From a virus (Duplodnaviria > Caudoviricetes): 51,755 nucleotides of DNA. A model generated the notes under the pieces. The model did no database searches, was not told where the DNA came from, and saw only the letters and a list, made by a program, of their open reading frames with translations. Positions 17,180 to 26,500 of this stretch are shown in pieces. The stretch's first letter is position 1, and every line of letters starts with the position of its first letter. A program made the position numbers and the translations under genes. The stretch covers positions 1 through 51,755 of IMG/VR virus record IMGVR_UViG_3300042434_000548. One strand, given 5' to 3'.

Positions 17180-19288
17180 ATGGACTTGCTAGACAGAATT
17201 AACGCGCTCACAGACGATCAGTTGCGCATGGTCGCAGAGCGCGACGACGCATCCGGCGTACTCGCCGCGTACCGTCTAGCCGAACTCCGGGGACTTCCCT
17301 ACCCTGACCGTGAGGCAGCGATCCTGGGCGACGGGTATGTGATCGTTGCGCAGGCGGGGCAGATTCAGAAACTCCCGATTGAGTCAGTCGAAAAGATCAT
17401 CCGTGAAGAGGACGGCGAATACTGCGTCTACTCGCACGACGGCTCTCAGTCTTTCGGCTGCTACCCGACGATGGAGGACGCGGAAAGGCGGCTGCGTCAG
17501 ATTCACGTTTTCCGTTCGGTGATCCGCGAAGGTTCGTTCGTGTCGTGGAACTCATCCGGTGGCAGGGCGCGCGGTCAGGTCGAACACGTTATGCGTGAAG
17601 GCGTGTTGGGTGTGCCTGACTCAGAGTTCTCTATTAACGCGACGGAGGATGATCCGGCTGTTCTGATTCGTATTTGGCGTCAGGGGTCGCAGGGTTGGGC
17701 GGCTACGGAAACTCTTGTGGGTCACAAAATGTCCACGCTGACGCCGATCACGCCGCTGAACAAGCAGGCGACGAAGCGTGAGGATGGGGAGGATTTCCCG
17801 CCTGAGGCGTTCGCTTACACGCCCGATAGGGAAATGCCGTCTACTTGGAAACTGCGTTTGTGGGATTCGCTGGAAGAGCGGGAGACAGCGGCGCAGGTTG
17901 GGCGTGCGCTTGCAGCGTTGGGTCCGGGTGGGTTCCGTGGCAATCGCGTGCAGATTCCGGCAGAGGATTTGCCGTCTGTGCGTCGGAAGGTTCTCGCGGC
18001 GTGGCGCAAGGTCAATGAGCCTGACGCGGAGATTCCTGAGGTTCTGAAGCAGACGTTCACCCCGCCTGAGGGCGTGCAGGAAGCCGCTCAGAGGGCGCTT
18101 GAGTGGATTGCGGAGGGTCACGCAGGTTCGGGGTTCACGGACACGGGTAGGGCGCGTGCGGCTCAACTGGCGCGCGGCGATGGGGTGAGTGAGGAAACAA
18201 TCCGTCGTATGGCTTCCTTCCTGGCGCGGCATGAGGGCGACAGCAGCGCGGAAGGTTTCTCTGCGGGGGAGGACGGTTTCCCGTCACCGGGCCGGGTGGC
18301 GTGGGATGCGTGGGGGGGTGACCCCGCTGTCGCATGGACCCGTTCCGTTATCGCTGGTTTGGATGCTGCGGAAAAGCAGTACGACCCCGATGATATGGCG
18401 TTGAACCCGCGTCAGCGGATGATGTACGAAAAGTTTGAATGGATCGCTGACACGTTCGGGGCGTTTGATGGTGGCGTCGGCGCTGACGGAGCGCACTACA
18501 TCACAGCAGCAGACAACGTGTTTAACGATCAGGGTCTTAACTGCGCTAACTGCGTGTTCTATAAGGGCGGCGGCGGCTGCGAGATTCTGAACATGCCTGT
18601 TGAGCCTGAGGGCGTGTGCAAACTTTGGATCATCCCAGAGCGCAACGTTACTGAATCCGCTAAAGCGGCTGTTAAGCAGATCAGTAGGGATGGGCGTTTT
18701 CTGCGGAAGGAAGCGTATAAGCGGTTCACGTTGGGACCGCTGTATGTTCCTGACTTCATGGATGCGCACGGGGAGTGGACTGACAGTACGGAGTTGCAGC
18801 AGGCAGTTTGGGAATGGGTCAAGGCGGGTGACCGCACTATCTATTTGCAGCATGACCGGGATGTGCGTGCGGGTGAGTGGGTCGAAGTGATGACGATGCC
18901 GCAACCGTGGACCGTCGATATGTTGAACGGTAACGGTGAGTCCATCGGGAAGATCACCTACCCGGCAGGGACCGTGTTCCTAGGTGTTATCTGGGATGAG
19001 GAGCCGTGGCAGCAAATCCTTAACGGTGAACTGCGCGGTTACAGTATCGGCGGTTTCTCTGACCGTGTGCTAGCCGATCTGCCGGAAGAGGCAGCGCGGG
19101 ACGGTATCGAACTGTCGCAGGAACCATCATTGGCTAAGTCGATTGCTGACGCGGTTGCTATGGCGATGCAGCAGACACAGCCTGTCGTTAACGTTATGAT
19201 GCCGGAACAGGGTAGGGCTAGGGTTGTGCGCCGTATCGAACGGGACGAGCATGGCAACATTGCTCGCATTATCGAAGAGGATGAGTAA
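17180..19288 (+). CDS. Multidomain capsid maturation protease (XkdF-like C-terminal domain)
   Basis: C-terminal RFTLGPLYVPD..DAHGE...LQHD...GELRGYSIGG; upstream DUF2945/Tudor-like GSFVSWNSSGGRARG and HiPIP-like CANC...C...C.LW modules. Confidence 0.8.
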   Translation: MDLLDRINALTDDQLRMVAERDDASGVLAAYRLAELRGLPYPDREAAILGDGYVIVAQAGQIQKLPIESVEKIIREEDGEYCVYSHDGSQSFGCYPTMEDAERRLRQIHVFRSVIREGSFVSWNSSGGRARGQVEHVMREGVLGVPDSEFSINATEDDPAVLIRIWRQGSQGWAATETLVGHKMSTLTPITPLNKQATKREDGEDFPPEAFAYTPDREMPSTWKLRLWDSLEERETAAQVGRALAALGPGGFRGNRVQIPAEDLPSVRRKVLAAWRKVNEPDAEIPEVLKQTFTPPEGVQEAAQRALEWIAEGHAGSGFTDTGRARAAQLARGDGVSEETIRRMASFLARHEGDSSAEGFSAGEDGFPSPGRVAWDAWGGDPAVAWTRSVIAGLDAAEKQYDPDDMALNPRQRMMYEKFEWIADTFGAFDGGVGADGAHYITAADNVFNDQGLNCANCVFYKGGGGCEILNMPVEPEGVCKLWIIPERNVTESAKAAVKQISRDGRFLRKEAYKRFTLGPLYVPDFMDAHGEWTDSTELQQAVWEWVKAGDRTIYLQHDRDVRAGEWVEVMTMPQPWTVDMLNGNGESIGKITYPAGTVFLGVIWDEEPWQQILNGELRGYSIGGFSDRVLADLPEEAARDGIELSQEPSLAKSIADAVAMAMQQTQPVVNVMMPEQGRARVVRRIERDEHGNIARIIEEDE

Positions 19289-19644
19289 TGGCTGGTCTTG
19301 TTAACGCTGGCAAAAATGAGATGCTTGACGGTTTCGCAGGCGCGGTAACGCATGTGTCGTTGCATACGGCTGACCCGTCAACTAACGGGGCTAATGAGGT
19401 TTCGGCGTCGCCGTACACGCGCGAGGCTGTGTCGTGGGCTTCCGCTGCTAGCGGGTCGTTGCAGAACTCTGCGCAGGTTGTTTTCGATGTTCCGGGTTCC
19501 ACAACTATCACGCATTTGGGTTACTGGTCCGCTTCCACGAGCGGCACGTTCTACGGTTCGCGCCAGTTGGACACTAACCAAACGTTCGCGACGGCAGGGA
19601 CGTACACTATCGGGGCTAATCTCATTACTGAATCCATTACCTAA
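19288..19644 (+). CDS. Virion structural protein
   Basis: VSLHTADP...NEVS...YTR.AVSW...F.VP...ITH.G.W motif common in phage minor virion proteins. Confidence 0.75.
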   Translation: MAGLVNAGKNEMLDGFAGAVTHVSLHTADPSTNGANEVSASPYTREAVSWASAASGSLQNSAQVVFDVPGSTTITHLGYWSASTSGTFYGSRQLDTNQTFATAGTYTIGANLITESIT

Positions 19645-19655
19645 CGGGTGCGCTT

Positions 19656-19769
19656 ATGGCGTTACTGACGTTGGATAATGAGCAGCGCGGCAAGTTGGAT
19701 GATTCGGTCATCGGGTTTCTGTCGCGGTTTGTGACGCTCAATAGCGAAGTGTCGGGCAAGTTGGGATGA
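19656..19769 (+). CDS. 37-aa peptide with internal TL(D/N)xExxGKL repeat (not in track)
   Basis: MALLTLDNEQRGKLDDSVIGFLSRFVTLNSEVSGKLG; ATGA coupling to the next gene. Confidence 0.6.
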   Translation: MALLTLDNEQRGKLDDSVIGFLSRFVTLNSEVSGKLG

Positions 19770-20824
19770 GTGACTTTACTGACGGCGCTGCGCTATTCGG
19801 CGCTAATGCCGGGTTCGTCACGGGTGAGTCGTCGGACGTAGGTTCTGCGTCTGGCGATATGGGGTTTGCTGGTTCCGTTAGCGGGGTGTCGTCGGGGGCT
19901 GGAACGGTCGCGGGTGTCGCCGGGTTCACGGGCGCGGTATCGGGTGTGTCGGGGGTTGCCGGGGCGGTTACGGGATCGGTCGCGTTTAGCGGAGCGGTCG
20001 CGGGGGCGTCGGGCGTTGTGGGGGTTGTTGCCGGGTCTGTCGGGTTCACCGGGGCGGTAACGGGCGCGGTTCAGGTAGTCGGAAGCGGCACGGGTTCCGT
20101 GGGCTTCACGGGGCTTACAGGCGGTTCATCGGCGGCGGTAGGTGCAGCGGCGGGATCACCAGCCCTCACCGGGTCAGTCAGCGGGGGCGCAACCGGGGCG
20201 GGAACTGTCGCCGGGTCTGAGGGCAGTAACGGGGTAGTGCAGGCGGCGACTCAGGTTGTCGGCACGGTCGCAGGCGCGCCAGGGCTTACCGGAAACAGCG
20301 CGGGAACCGCAACAGCGGCAGGCACAGCCACAGGATCAGCAGGCTACATAGGCAGCAGCATAGGTAGCGCGGCAGTTCAGGGCGCAGCAGCGGGATCACC
20401 GGGCATTAGTGGCACGGTCGAAGGCGCAAACAACAGCACCGGGACCGTTATCGGTGTTGCGTCTAGCGACAACTACAGCGGATTCGTTGTGGGAACGTCG
20501 ATCTCTAGTGGGAATGTCACCGGATCACCCGCAATCAGCGGAAACGTCAGCACGGGCGGTATCACCCCGGTATCGCCACCTGCCCCACCCGATTTGCCTG
20601 CTAGCGGCGGCTACGTTTGGTCATTCTCAGGTGACGCAACCACGATCATTGACGTTACGGGCTTTATCGACGGGCTCGCGCAATCAGTCGCGCACATTAG
20701 CGGCGTGATTGGGTCTGCCGGGGGCACGAGTGGGACGGTTCCCGTGACGGGCAGCGCGTCGGGGCGTGCGCGTATACGCGAACAAGATGACTTGGAAGTC
20801 CTAGAGTTGCTTGGATTGCTTTAA
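19766..20824 (+). CDS. Gly/Ser/Ala/Thr-rich repetitive virion protein (head fibre-like)
   Basis: Many tandem G.V.G..G(F/L)TG repeats; located in the head module. Confidence 0.7.
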   Translation: MSDFTDGAALFGANAGFVTGESSDVGSASGDMGFAGSVSGVSSGAGTVAGVAGFTGAVSGVSGVAGAVTGSVAFSGAVAGASGVVGVVAGSVGFTGAVTGAVQVVGSGTGSVGFTGLTGGSSAAVGAAAGSPALTGSVSGGATGAGTVAGSEGSNGVVQAATQVVGTVAGAPGLTGNSAGTATAAGTATGSAGYIGSSIGSAAVQGAAAGSPGISGTVEGANNSTGTVIGVASSDNYSGFVVGTSISSGNVTGSPAISGNVSTGGITPVSPPAPPDLPASGGYVWSFSGDATTIIDVTGFIDGLAQSVAHISGVIGSAGGTSGTVPVTGSASGRARIREQDDLEVLELLGLL

Positions 20825-20833
20825 ACTGGCGTT

Positions 20834-21037
20834 ATGGCTAAGACGATTCGACCTGGCACGCACGTTAAAACACTCACGGACGCGGGACGCATCCGTCATG
20901 TGCGTGTTCTCGCGGTGGATGATCAGGACAATATCGACGTTCGCCTAGGCTACGCATCTAACGCTACGTCGTCCTCGTTCGCTGCGGATCGTGTTACGTC
21001 CACCACGACGCGCGGCACCATTTTCTCTGAGGATTAG
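20834..21037 (+). CDS. Hypothetical protein (leaderless)
   Basis: TAAACT-N6-ATG. Confidence 0.65.
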   Translation: MAKTIRPGTHVKTLTDAGRIRHVRVLAVDDQDNIDVRLGYASNATSSSFAADRVTSTTTRGTIFSED

Positions 21038-21108
21038 CACCGGAATCCTGCCACGACCTAGGGGTTAAAAACCCCGGTATGATTGTGAAGGATATTGGAG
21101 GTGCAATC

Positions 21109-21951
21109 TTGGCTAGGAAAGCCCCAAAGATGACGGAACTCATTATTGAGGAAACGTCTGGCGTGGATCATCCCGCCCACTTGCATGAGGGGTGGCTTGT
21201 TATTAAGGCTTCCAATACGCAAACTGTGGCAGACGTTATGGATGCTCTGCCCGAACCGTTAGGAGAGAGCATGGCTAACGACCCCACAGAGGTTGTGACC
21301 GCTGAGACTGACTCTGAGGTTCTGCTGTCTGCCGAAGAGGACAAGGCAGAGGGCATGGAGCCTGAGTCAAAGCAGATCGAAGAGGAACTTGCTATGGCTA
21401 TGGCGCGCATCGCTGAACTTGAGGCGCGTATCGCGGAGATGGAGGGCGCAGAGCCTTCCGATATGGAGCCGATGGAGGAGGGCGCAGACGATGTTGTGGC
21501 GCTCGCGAAGTCTGCCCCGGAGCCGATCCGCAAGGCTATGGAGGAACTTGTTAAGGCAAAGGCAGAGGCAGAGGGTGCGCTTGCTAAGGAGCGCGAGGAT
21601 CGTGCCGACGCTGACGCGATTGTTAAGGCGCGTGACACGTTTAAGCATCTGAACCTTGACCCGGAGCGTGTCGGTCCTGCGCTGCGTCGCCTCGCGGCGA
21701 TTGACGCTGATCTGGCGAAGTCCGTGGAGGATGCGCTTTCTGCTGCTGACGCGCAGAACGAGTCCGCTGACATTTTCACGGAGGTCGGCAAGGGTTACGT
21801 TCCTTCCGGCGATGCTATTAACCGTATGACTTCCCTCGCGAAAGCAGCGGTGAGTGAGGGTAAGGCCGCAACTGTTGAGCAGGCTATGGCTCAGGTGGCT
21901 ATCGAAAACCCTGCGCTTTACAACGACTACCTGAATGAGAAGGGAGCCTAG
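21109..21951 (+). CDS. Scaffolding protein with N-terminal protease-like segment
   Basis: GGAGG then TTG; ELIIEETSGVDHPA followed by an acidic coiled coil; possible internal start at 21271 (AGGAGAG-ATG). Confidence 0.75.
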   Translation: MARKAPKMTELIIEETSGVDHPAHLHEGWLVIKASNTQTVADVMDALPEPLGESMANDPTEVVTAETDSEVLLSAEEDKAEGMEPESKQIEEELAMAMARIAELEARIAEMEGAEPSDMEPMEEGADDVVALAKSAPEPIRKAMEELVKAKAEAEGALAKEREDRADADAIVKARDTFKHLNLDPERVGPALRRLAAIDADLAKSVEDALSAADAQNESADIFTEVGKGYVPSGDAINRMTSLAKAAVSEGKAATVEQAMAQVAIENPALYNDYLNEKGA

Positions 21952-21953
21952 TA

Positions 21954-22352
21954 ATGGCTTTTGAGTTCTCTAATGCTGCGGTCAAGACTACGTTCACCGC
22001 TGGTGAGGATCTTTCCGCAAAGCAGTTCCATTTCGTGAAGATCGACAATGGCGATGGTGAAGTTGTGGCGGTTTCCGCTGCTACTGATCGTCCCATCGGC
22101 GTGCTTCAGAACGCCCCTACCGCTGGTCAGGCCGCCGAGGTCACCATCGTGGGCGGCACTAAGGTGGAGTGCGGCGGTTCCGCATCGTTCGGTCAGCCGC
22201 TTTTCTCTTCCGCTTCCGCTACTGCCGTGACGCTCGCGTTCGGCACTACCGCGTCGGCTGCTTTCTCCGTTGGCACGTTCATTGAGAGCGCCGCTGCCGG
22301 GGCTATCGCTGCTGCCGTCATCGACTGCGCTAACGCTGCGCGTGGACTCTAA
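21954..22352 (+). CDS. Capsid decoration/cement protein (DUF2190-like)
   Basis: AGEDLSAKQFHFVK...PIGVLQNAP..GQAAEV...G; directly before the capsid gene. Confidence 0.75.
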   Translation: MAFEFSNAAVKTTFTAGEDLSAKQFHFVKIDNGDGEVVAVSAATDRPIGVLQNAPTAGQAAEVTIVGGTKVECGGSASFGQPLFSSASATAVTLAFGTTASAAFSVGTFIESAAAGAIAAAVIDCANAARGL

Positions 22353-22365
22353 GGAGAAATAGAAA

Positions 22366-23343
22366 ATGCCACAGCCTACACAGAGTCAGGTTCATGTTGA
22401 CGCAATCCTGACTAACATCAGCGTTGCGTACATGCAGCGTGCAGAGAATTTCATTGCGGACAAGGTTTTCCCTGTTGTCCCGGTGGATAAGCAGAGCGAC
22501 AAGTATTTCGTTTACGAGAAGAATGATTGGCTGCGCGATGAGGCGCAGGTTCGTACCGATGGTACGGAGTCTGTCGGGTCCGGTTACAACATTGCTACCG
22601 CGACCTACTACGCAGATGTGTTCGCTATTCACAAGGATATTGGCGATCAGACGCGTGCGAACGCCGATGCGCCGATTAACGTGGACCGTGAGGCTGCGGA
22701 GTTCGTTACTCATCGTCTGCTGACCCGTCGTGAGATTCAGTTTAATAACGACTTTATGACCACGGGCAAGTGGGCTAGTGACGTTACTGGCGTTGCTGCG
22801 TCGCCCACCACGGGTCAGACGATTCAGTGGAGTGACTACACGAACTCCGACCCGATTAACGACATTGAGGCTGGCAAGGCTGGCATCCTTTCGGTGACCG
22901 GGCTTGAGGCTAACACTCTCGTTCTGGGATACGACGTTTTCCGTCAACTCAAGAATCATCCCGATCTCGTGGATCGTATTAAGTACACGAGTTCGCAGAC
23001 GATCACGGAGGACATGCTTGCTCGCATGTTCGACATTGAGCGTGTGCTTGTGTCGAAGTCGGTTAAGGCCACGAACAAGGAAGGCGCTACTGGCGCTTAC
23101 TCGTTCACCACGGGTAAGACGGCGCTGCTTGCGCACGTTGCCCCGAACCCCGGTGTGCTTACCCCGTCTGCTGGTTACACGTTCTCGTGGACTGGCGTTT
23201 CGCAGGGCATGGGTCTGACGATCGGTACGTCGTCGTTCCGGCTTGAGTCGCTGCGCGCTACCCGCGTGGAGGCTGAACTGGCGTTCGATAACAAGGTCGT
23301 TGCTTCCGATCTTGGGTATTTCTGGAACACGATTGTTGCCTGA
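22366..23343 (+). CDS. Major capsid protein (lambda gpE-like)
   Basis: HVDAILTNISVAY...FIADKVFPVVPVDKQSDKY...SDPINDI; AAGGAG RBS; followed by a terminator. Confidence 0.92.
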   Translation: MPQPTQSQVHVDAILTNISVAYMQRAENFIADKVFPVVPVDKQSDKYFVYEKNDWLRDEAQVRTDGTESVGSGYNIATATYYADVFAIHKDIGDQTRANADAPINVDREAAEFVTHRLLTRREIQFNNDFMTTGKWASDVTGVAASPTTGQTIQWSDYTNSDPINDIEAGKAGILSVTGLEANTLVLGYDVFRQLKNHPDLVDRIKYTSSQTITEDMLARMFDIERVLVSKSVKATNKEGATGAYSFTTGKTALLAHVAPNPGVLTPSAGYTFSWTGVSQGMGLTIGTSSFRLESLRATRVEAELAFDNKVVASDLGYFWNTIVA

Positions 23344-23368
23344 TCCGGTTACTCATAACTGAATAGCG

Positions 23369-23414
23369 CGGAGCGGGGTCACTCTCATAAGGGGTGGCCC
23401 CGCTTCCGGCTTTT
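23369..23414 (+). terminator. Intrinsic terminator after the capsid gene
   Basis: GGAGCGGGGTCACTC...GGGTGGCCCCGCTTCC then GGCTTTT. Confidence 0.75.
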
Positions 23415-23458
23415 AGGGGACGGTTACGGCTCTACACTAGACGCGGGAGGTCAACATT

Positions 23459-23872
23459 ATGACTTGGAGTTACAGCGGGAATCCGGGGGCAAGCGATCTT
23501 GACCTGATCCGTTTTCTCATTCAGGACACGGACACTACGGAACAGTTGTTCAGCAATGAGGAACTGACCTATTTGGATAACGCGTACGGGGATGCGTACT
23601 CTGCCGCTATCGCAGCCGTTACCACTTTGATTGCGAAGGGGTCGCGGGTTCAGGAAGAGTCTAAGACTGTCGGTGACTTGTCGCTGTCTGTTAAGTCCGG
23701 TGCGCTTGTCTCGCAATGGGAAGCCCTCTTGCGGCACCTTAAAGCGGAGCGTTTCCGGCTTAACCCCGCAGCACCGATCATTAACGGCAACGCGATTGTG
23801 CCGACTGTGGAGCGGGTCGAAGAGGATGAGTCCACAGACTTTGTTGTCGGGCAGATGGATAACCGCACATGA
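23459..23872 (+). CDS. Head-to-tail adaptor
   Basis: MTWSYSGNP...IRFLIQDTD....FSNEE; position after capsid. Confidence 0.8.
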   Translation: MTWSYSGNPGASDLDLIRFLIQDTDTTEQLFSNEELTYLDNAYGDAYSAAIAAVTTLIAKGSRVQEESKTVGDLSLSVKSGALVSQWEALLRHLKAERFRLNPAAPIINGNAIVPTVERVEEDESTDFVVGQMDNRT

Positions 23873-24210
23873 GTCTAGAGTCCAATTTTCGGGAATTGTT
23901 CTCGCAGATCGTGACGCTTTTCCCGCCTGCTACGTCTGCATCTATTGACAAGTATGGGAAGCGGTCTTTTACGGCGTCTGCGTCTGTGTCAGCGTGCGCA
24001 CATTACGTTAGTGAAACGACGTTGACGCGGGATGAGTTGGGTCGCGAAGTCGTGGAGGACGGCAGGTTCTATCTGTATGGCGTGTTCCCGGTGACAACTG
24101 ATTACAAAATCCGTTTGGATGATGGTTCGGAGCCCGTGATTATCGCGGTCGATACACCGTACGATCAGAACGGTGCGCATCACACGGTGGTTCATGTGGG
24201 CGGCGGCTGA
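23869..24210 (+). CDS. Head-to-tail stopper/closure protein
   Basis: IDKYGK motif, size and synteny. Confidence 0.7.
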   Translation: MSLESNFRELFSQIVTLFPPATSASIDKYGKRSFTASASVSACAHYVSETTLTRDELGREVVEDGRFYLYGVFPVTTDYKIRLDDGSEPVIIAVDTPYDQNGAHHTVVHVGGG

Positions 24211-24212
24211 TC

Positions 24213-24635
24213 GTGGCGAACTTTAGCGTGAGGCTTACCGGACTGAACAAGGTCATTGCCCTGGCGAATCGGGGTGATGGTTTGGGTCCGGTGATTCAGC
24301 GCGCTATTTTCGCGGAGGCGACAACGGTTCTGAATGAGTCAAAGCGGATCGTCCCTGTCGCTACGGGCAATCTACGCGCGTCTGGCAAAGTGGAGAACCC
24401 GCAGCGACTAGGAACGAAATACAGCGTCGAAGTCACTTACGGTGGAGCGGCTGCGCCGTATGCGTTGTTCGTTCACGAGATTCCCCCGAACTCTGGTGGT
24501 CGTTGGGGAACGGGCAACACGCACAAGGCGGGTAAGACGTTTAAGTTCCTTGAGATTCCGGCTAACGCTCACCGCGACAAGTTCACGAATAACGTGAAAG
24601 CGCGGGTCGTGGAGTACCTGAGGCGGTCACGATGA
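24213..24635 (+). CDS. HK97 gp10-like neck protein
   Basis: VPVATGNLRASG...APYALFVHE...KFLE. Confidence 0.85.
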   Translation: MANFSVRLTGLNKVIALANRGDGLGPVIQRAIFAEATTVLNESKRIVPVATGNLRASGKVENPQRLGTKYSVEVTYGGAAAPYALFVHEIPPNSGGRWGTGNTHKAGKTFKFLEIPANAHRDKFTNNVKARVVEYLRRSR

Positions 24636-25027
24636 TTCTGGAAGCATTGGCAGACAAGTTGACAGCGGCGTCTGTCGCGACGGTGGGCACGAACCTGTTT
24701 ATCGGTTTGATGCCTGACAAGCCTGACACTTGTGTGGCGCTGTATGAGTATGCGGGTGCTGCGCCGCTGGAAGTGCTGCGCGATAACGACGCGACGTTGG
24801 AGCGTCCGTCTGTTCAGGTGATGGTGCGCGCGTCCCGCAACGACTACCCCACGGCTAATGCTTTGATTACGGCGGTTCGTGACACGCTCACGGATGTTAC
24901 AGATGAGACAATCAGCGGCGTGAGATTCCTCAGGGTTAATCAGAACTCATCCATTAACCATGTGGGGACGGATGACAATGATCGACCCGGTTTCACTCTG
25001 TCATTGACTACTGTAGTTGAGCGGTAA
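24632..25027 (+). CDS. Tail terminator protein
   Basis: LFIGLMPDKPD...PSVQVMVR...GTDDNDRP.F. Confidence 0.8.
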   Translation: MILEALADKLTAASVATVGTNLFIGLMPDKPDTCVALYEYAGAAPLEVLRDNDATLERPSVQVMVRASRNDYPTANALITAVRDTLTDVTDETISGVRFLRVNQNSSINHVGTDDNDRPGFTLSLTTVVER

Positions 25028-25029
25028 GC

Positions 25030-25167
25030 ATGGATGCTTACGGGAAAGGTACGTTAACGACTGATCGGCCCCGTTGCTGGCGCTGCAATAAACTGCTAGC
25101 GGAACTTGTGACGGCACCCTGGCGAATAACGTGCCCTAGGTGTAAGGCCGCTAACAAACAGGAATAG
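25030..25167 (+). CDS. Mu Com-like zinc-ribbon protein (45 aa; not in track)
   Basis: RCWRCNKLLAE...ITCPRCKAAN matches the Com family RCxxCxKLLA...IxCPRCxxxN pattern. Confidence 0.8.
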   Translation: MDAYGKGTLTTDRPRCWRCNKLLAELVTAPWRITCPRCKAANKQE

Positions 25168-25174
25168 ATACCTT

Positions 25175-26341
25175 ATGACCCTGCGTGACGAGTTCACTAA
25201 AGCGATCAAAGCCACGGAAGAGTTGACCGCCCGGAAGCGCATGTGGCAACCGGGCGTCGAATGGTTGGGCACGGAAGGCACCGTTACGACGGACGCGATT
25301 CAGGGTGACCCTGAGTGGGCGTCGATTCTGCGTGCATGGGATTTGGACCCTGACGAGTTCCAGATCATCGAACCCGTGTTGTTTAACTCATGGGGCGGTG
25401 AGGACGGGTTAACGAACCGTCAGTTTAAAGCGAAGGTTGTGCGGCGGGTTCACTCGCATGTTGACCTTGAGCCGCTGATCGCGCAGGCGATGAAGCACAA
25501 GCCGCGTAAGCGCGAGTTCACGGGTGATGCTGTGCTGAACGTTGTGCTTGCGGATTGGCAGATTGGGAAGGCTGACGGAGACGGCTTGGAGGGAACGATC
25601 CAACGGATCGTGGATGCGCGCGGTGCCGTAGTGGATCGTGTGCGGGAGTTGCGGAAGATCGGTCGCGAAGTGTCGCACCTGAACGTGCTATGGACCGGGG
25701 ACAGCGTAGAAGGTTGCGTGGGGTACTACCCGTCGCAGACGTTCGCTGTTGAGTTGGATCGCCGCGATCAGGTCAAGATTACCCGCAGGTTGTTAACGGA
25801 TTCGTTGCAAGAGTGGTCGAAGCATTTTGGGACTGTGACTGTTGCGGCTGTCGCAGGTAACCACGGAGAGAACAGGAACGCGGGGGGTAAGGCGTTCACG
25901 GGTGCGCACGATAACGATGATCTGGCGATTGTGGAACAGGTATCGGAAATCCTCGCAGCGAATGAAGAGGCGTACGGGCATGTGCGGTTCGCTGTCGCGC
26001 GCGACAACCTGACCGTTACTGTCCCGGCTGCTGGTTGGATCGTCGGCGTGACGCATGGGCATGTGACCCGTAGCGGCGCTAACGCTGAATCGAAGTTGCG
26101 GTCGTGGTGGGAGAAGCAGGCGGCGGGTAAGCAGCCGATTGGGGATGCTGACGTTCTCGTGTCTGGGCATTACCATCATCTGCGTGTCGCGGATTGGGGT
26201 GGCTGTTTCTGGTTGCAGGCACCTGCGATGGATGGTGGCTCTGAATACTGGCGCGTTGCGACGGGTGAAGTTTCGCAGCCGGGTATGCTCACGTTTGTAA
26301 CGACTACCGATCAGCGTGTGTGCGATATCGCTGTGCTGTGA
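25175..26341 (+). CDS. Calcineurin-like metallophosphoesterase/nuclease
   Basis: ADWQIGK, GDSVE, GNHGE, THGH, GHYHH motifs. Confidence 0.9.
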   Translation: MTLRDEFTKAIKATEELTARKRMWQPGVEWLGTEGTVTTDAIQGDPEWASILRAWDLDPDEFQIIEPVLFNSWGGEDGLTNRQFKAKVVRRVHSHVDLEPLIAQAMKHKPRKREFTGDAVLNVVLADWQIGKADGDGLEGTIQRIVDARGAVVDRVRELRKIGREVSHLNVLWTGDSVEGCVGYYPSQTFAVELDRRDQVKITRRLLTDSLQEWSKHFGTVTVAAVAGNHGENRNAGGKAFTGAHDNDDLAIVEQVSEILAANEEAYGHVRFAVARDNLTVTVPAAGWIVGVTHGHVTRSGANAESKLRSWWEKQAAGKQPIGDADVLVSGHYHHLRVADWGGCFWLQAPAMDGGSEYWRVATGEVSQPGMLTFVTTTDQRVCDIAVL

Positions 26342-26353
26342 AAGGGGCCGGGT

Positions 26354-26500
26354 GTGATTTGTGCTGACTGCAAGGCAGGTGGCGATCTTAACGCGGCGGG
26401 TGATGTGGCGGCTGCCGCGCTGTGTCATGGGCGGTGCCGTTGGGCTGCTGGTAGTTGTTTCTGTCAGCACGCGGTAGGCAGGTATGGACGACTCTCCTAG
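26354..26500 (+). CDS. Small Cys/His protein (48 aa; not in track)
   Basis: MICADC...H..C....CFCQH; AAGGGG RBS. Confidence 0.65.
   Translation: MICADCKAGGDLNAAGDVAAAALCHGRCRWAAGSCFCQHAVGRYGRLS

Noticed and set aside
12784-25360. Other CTGANGA words (about 12783 and 25350) as additional hammerheads
   Set aside because: They lie inside coding regions and lack flanking stems and a correctly placed GAAA.
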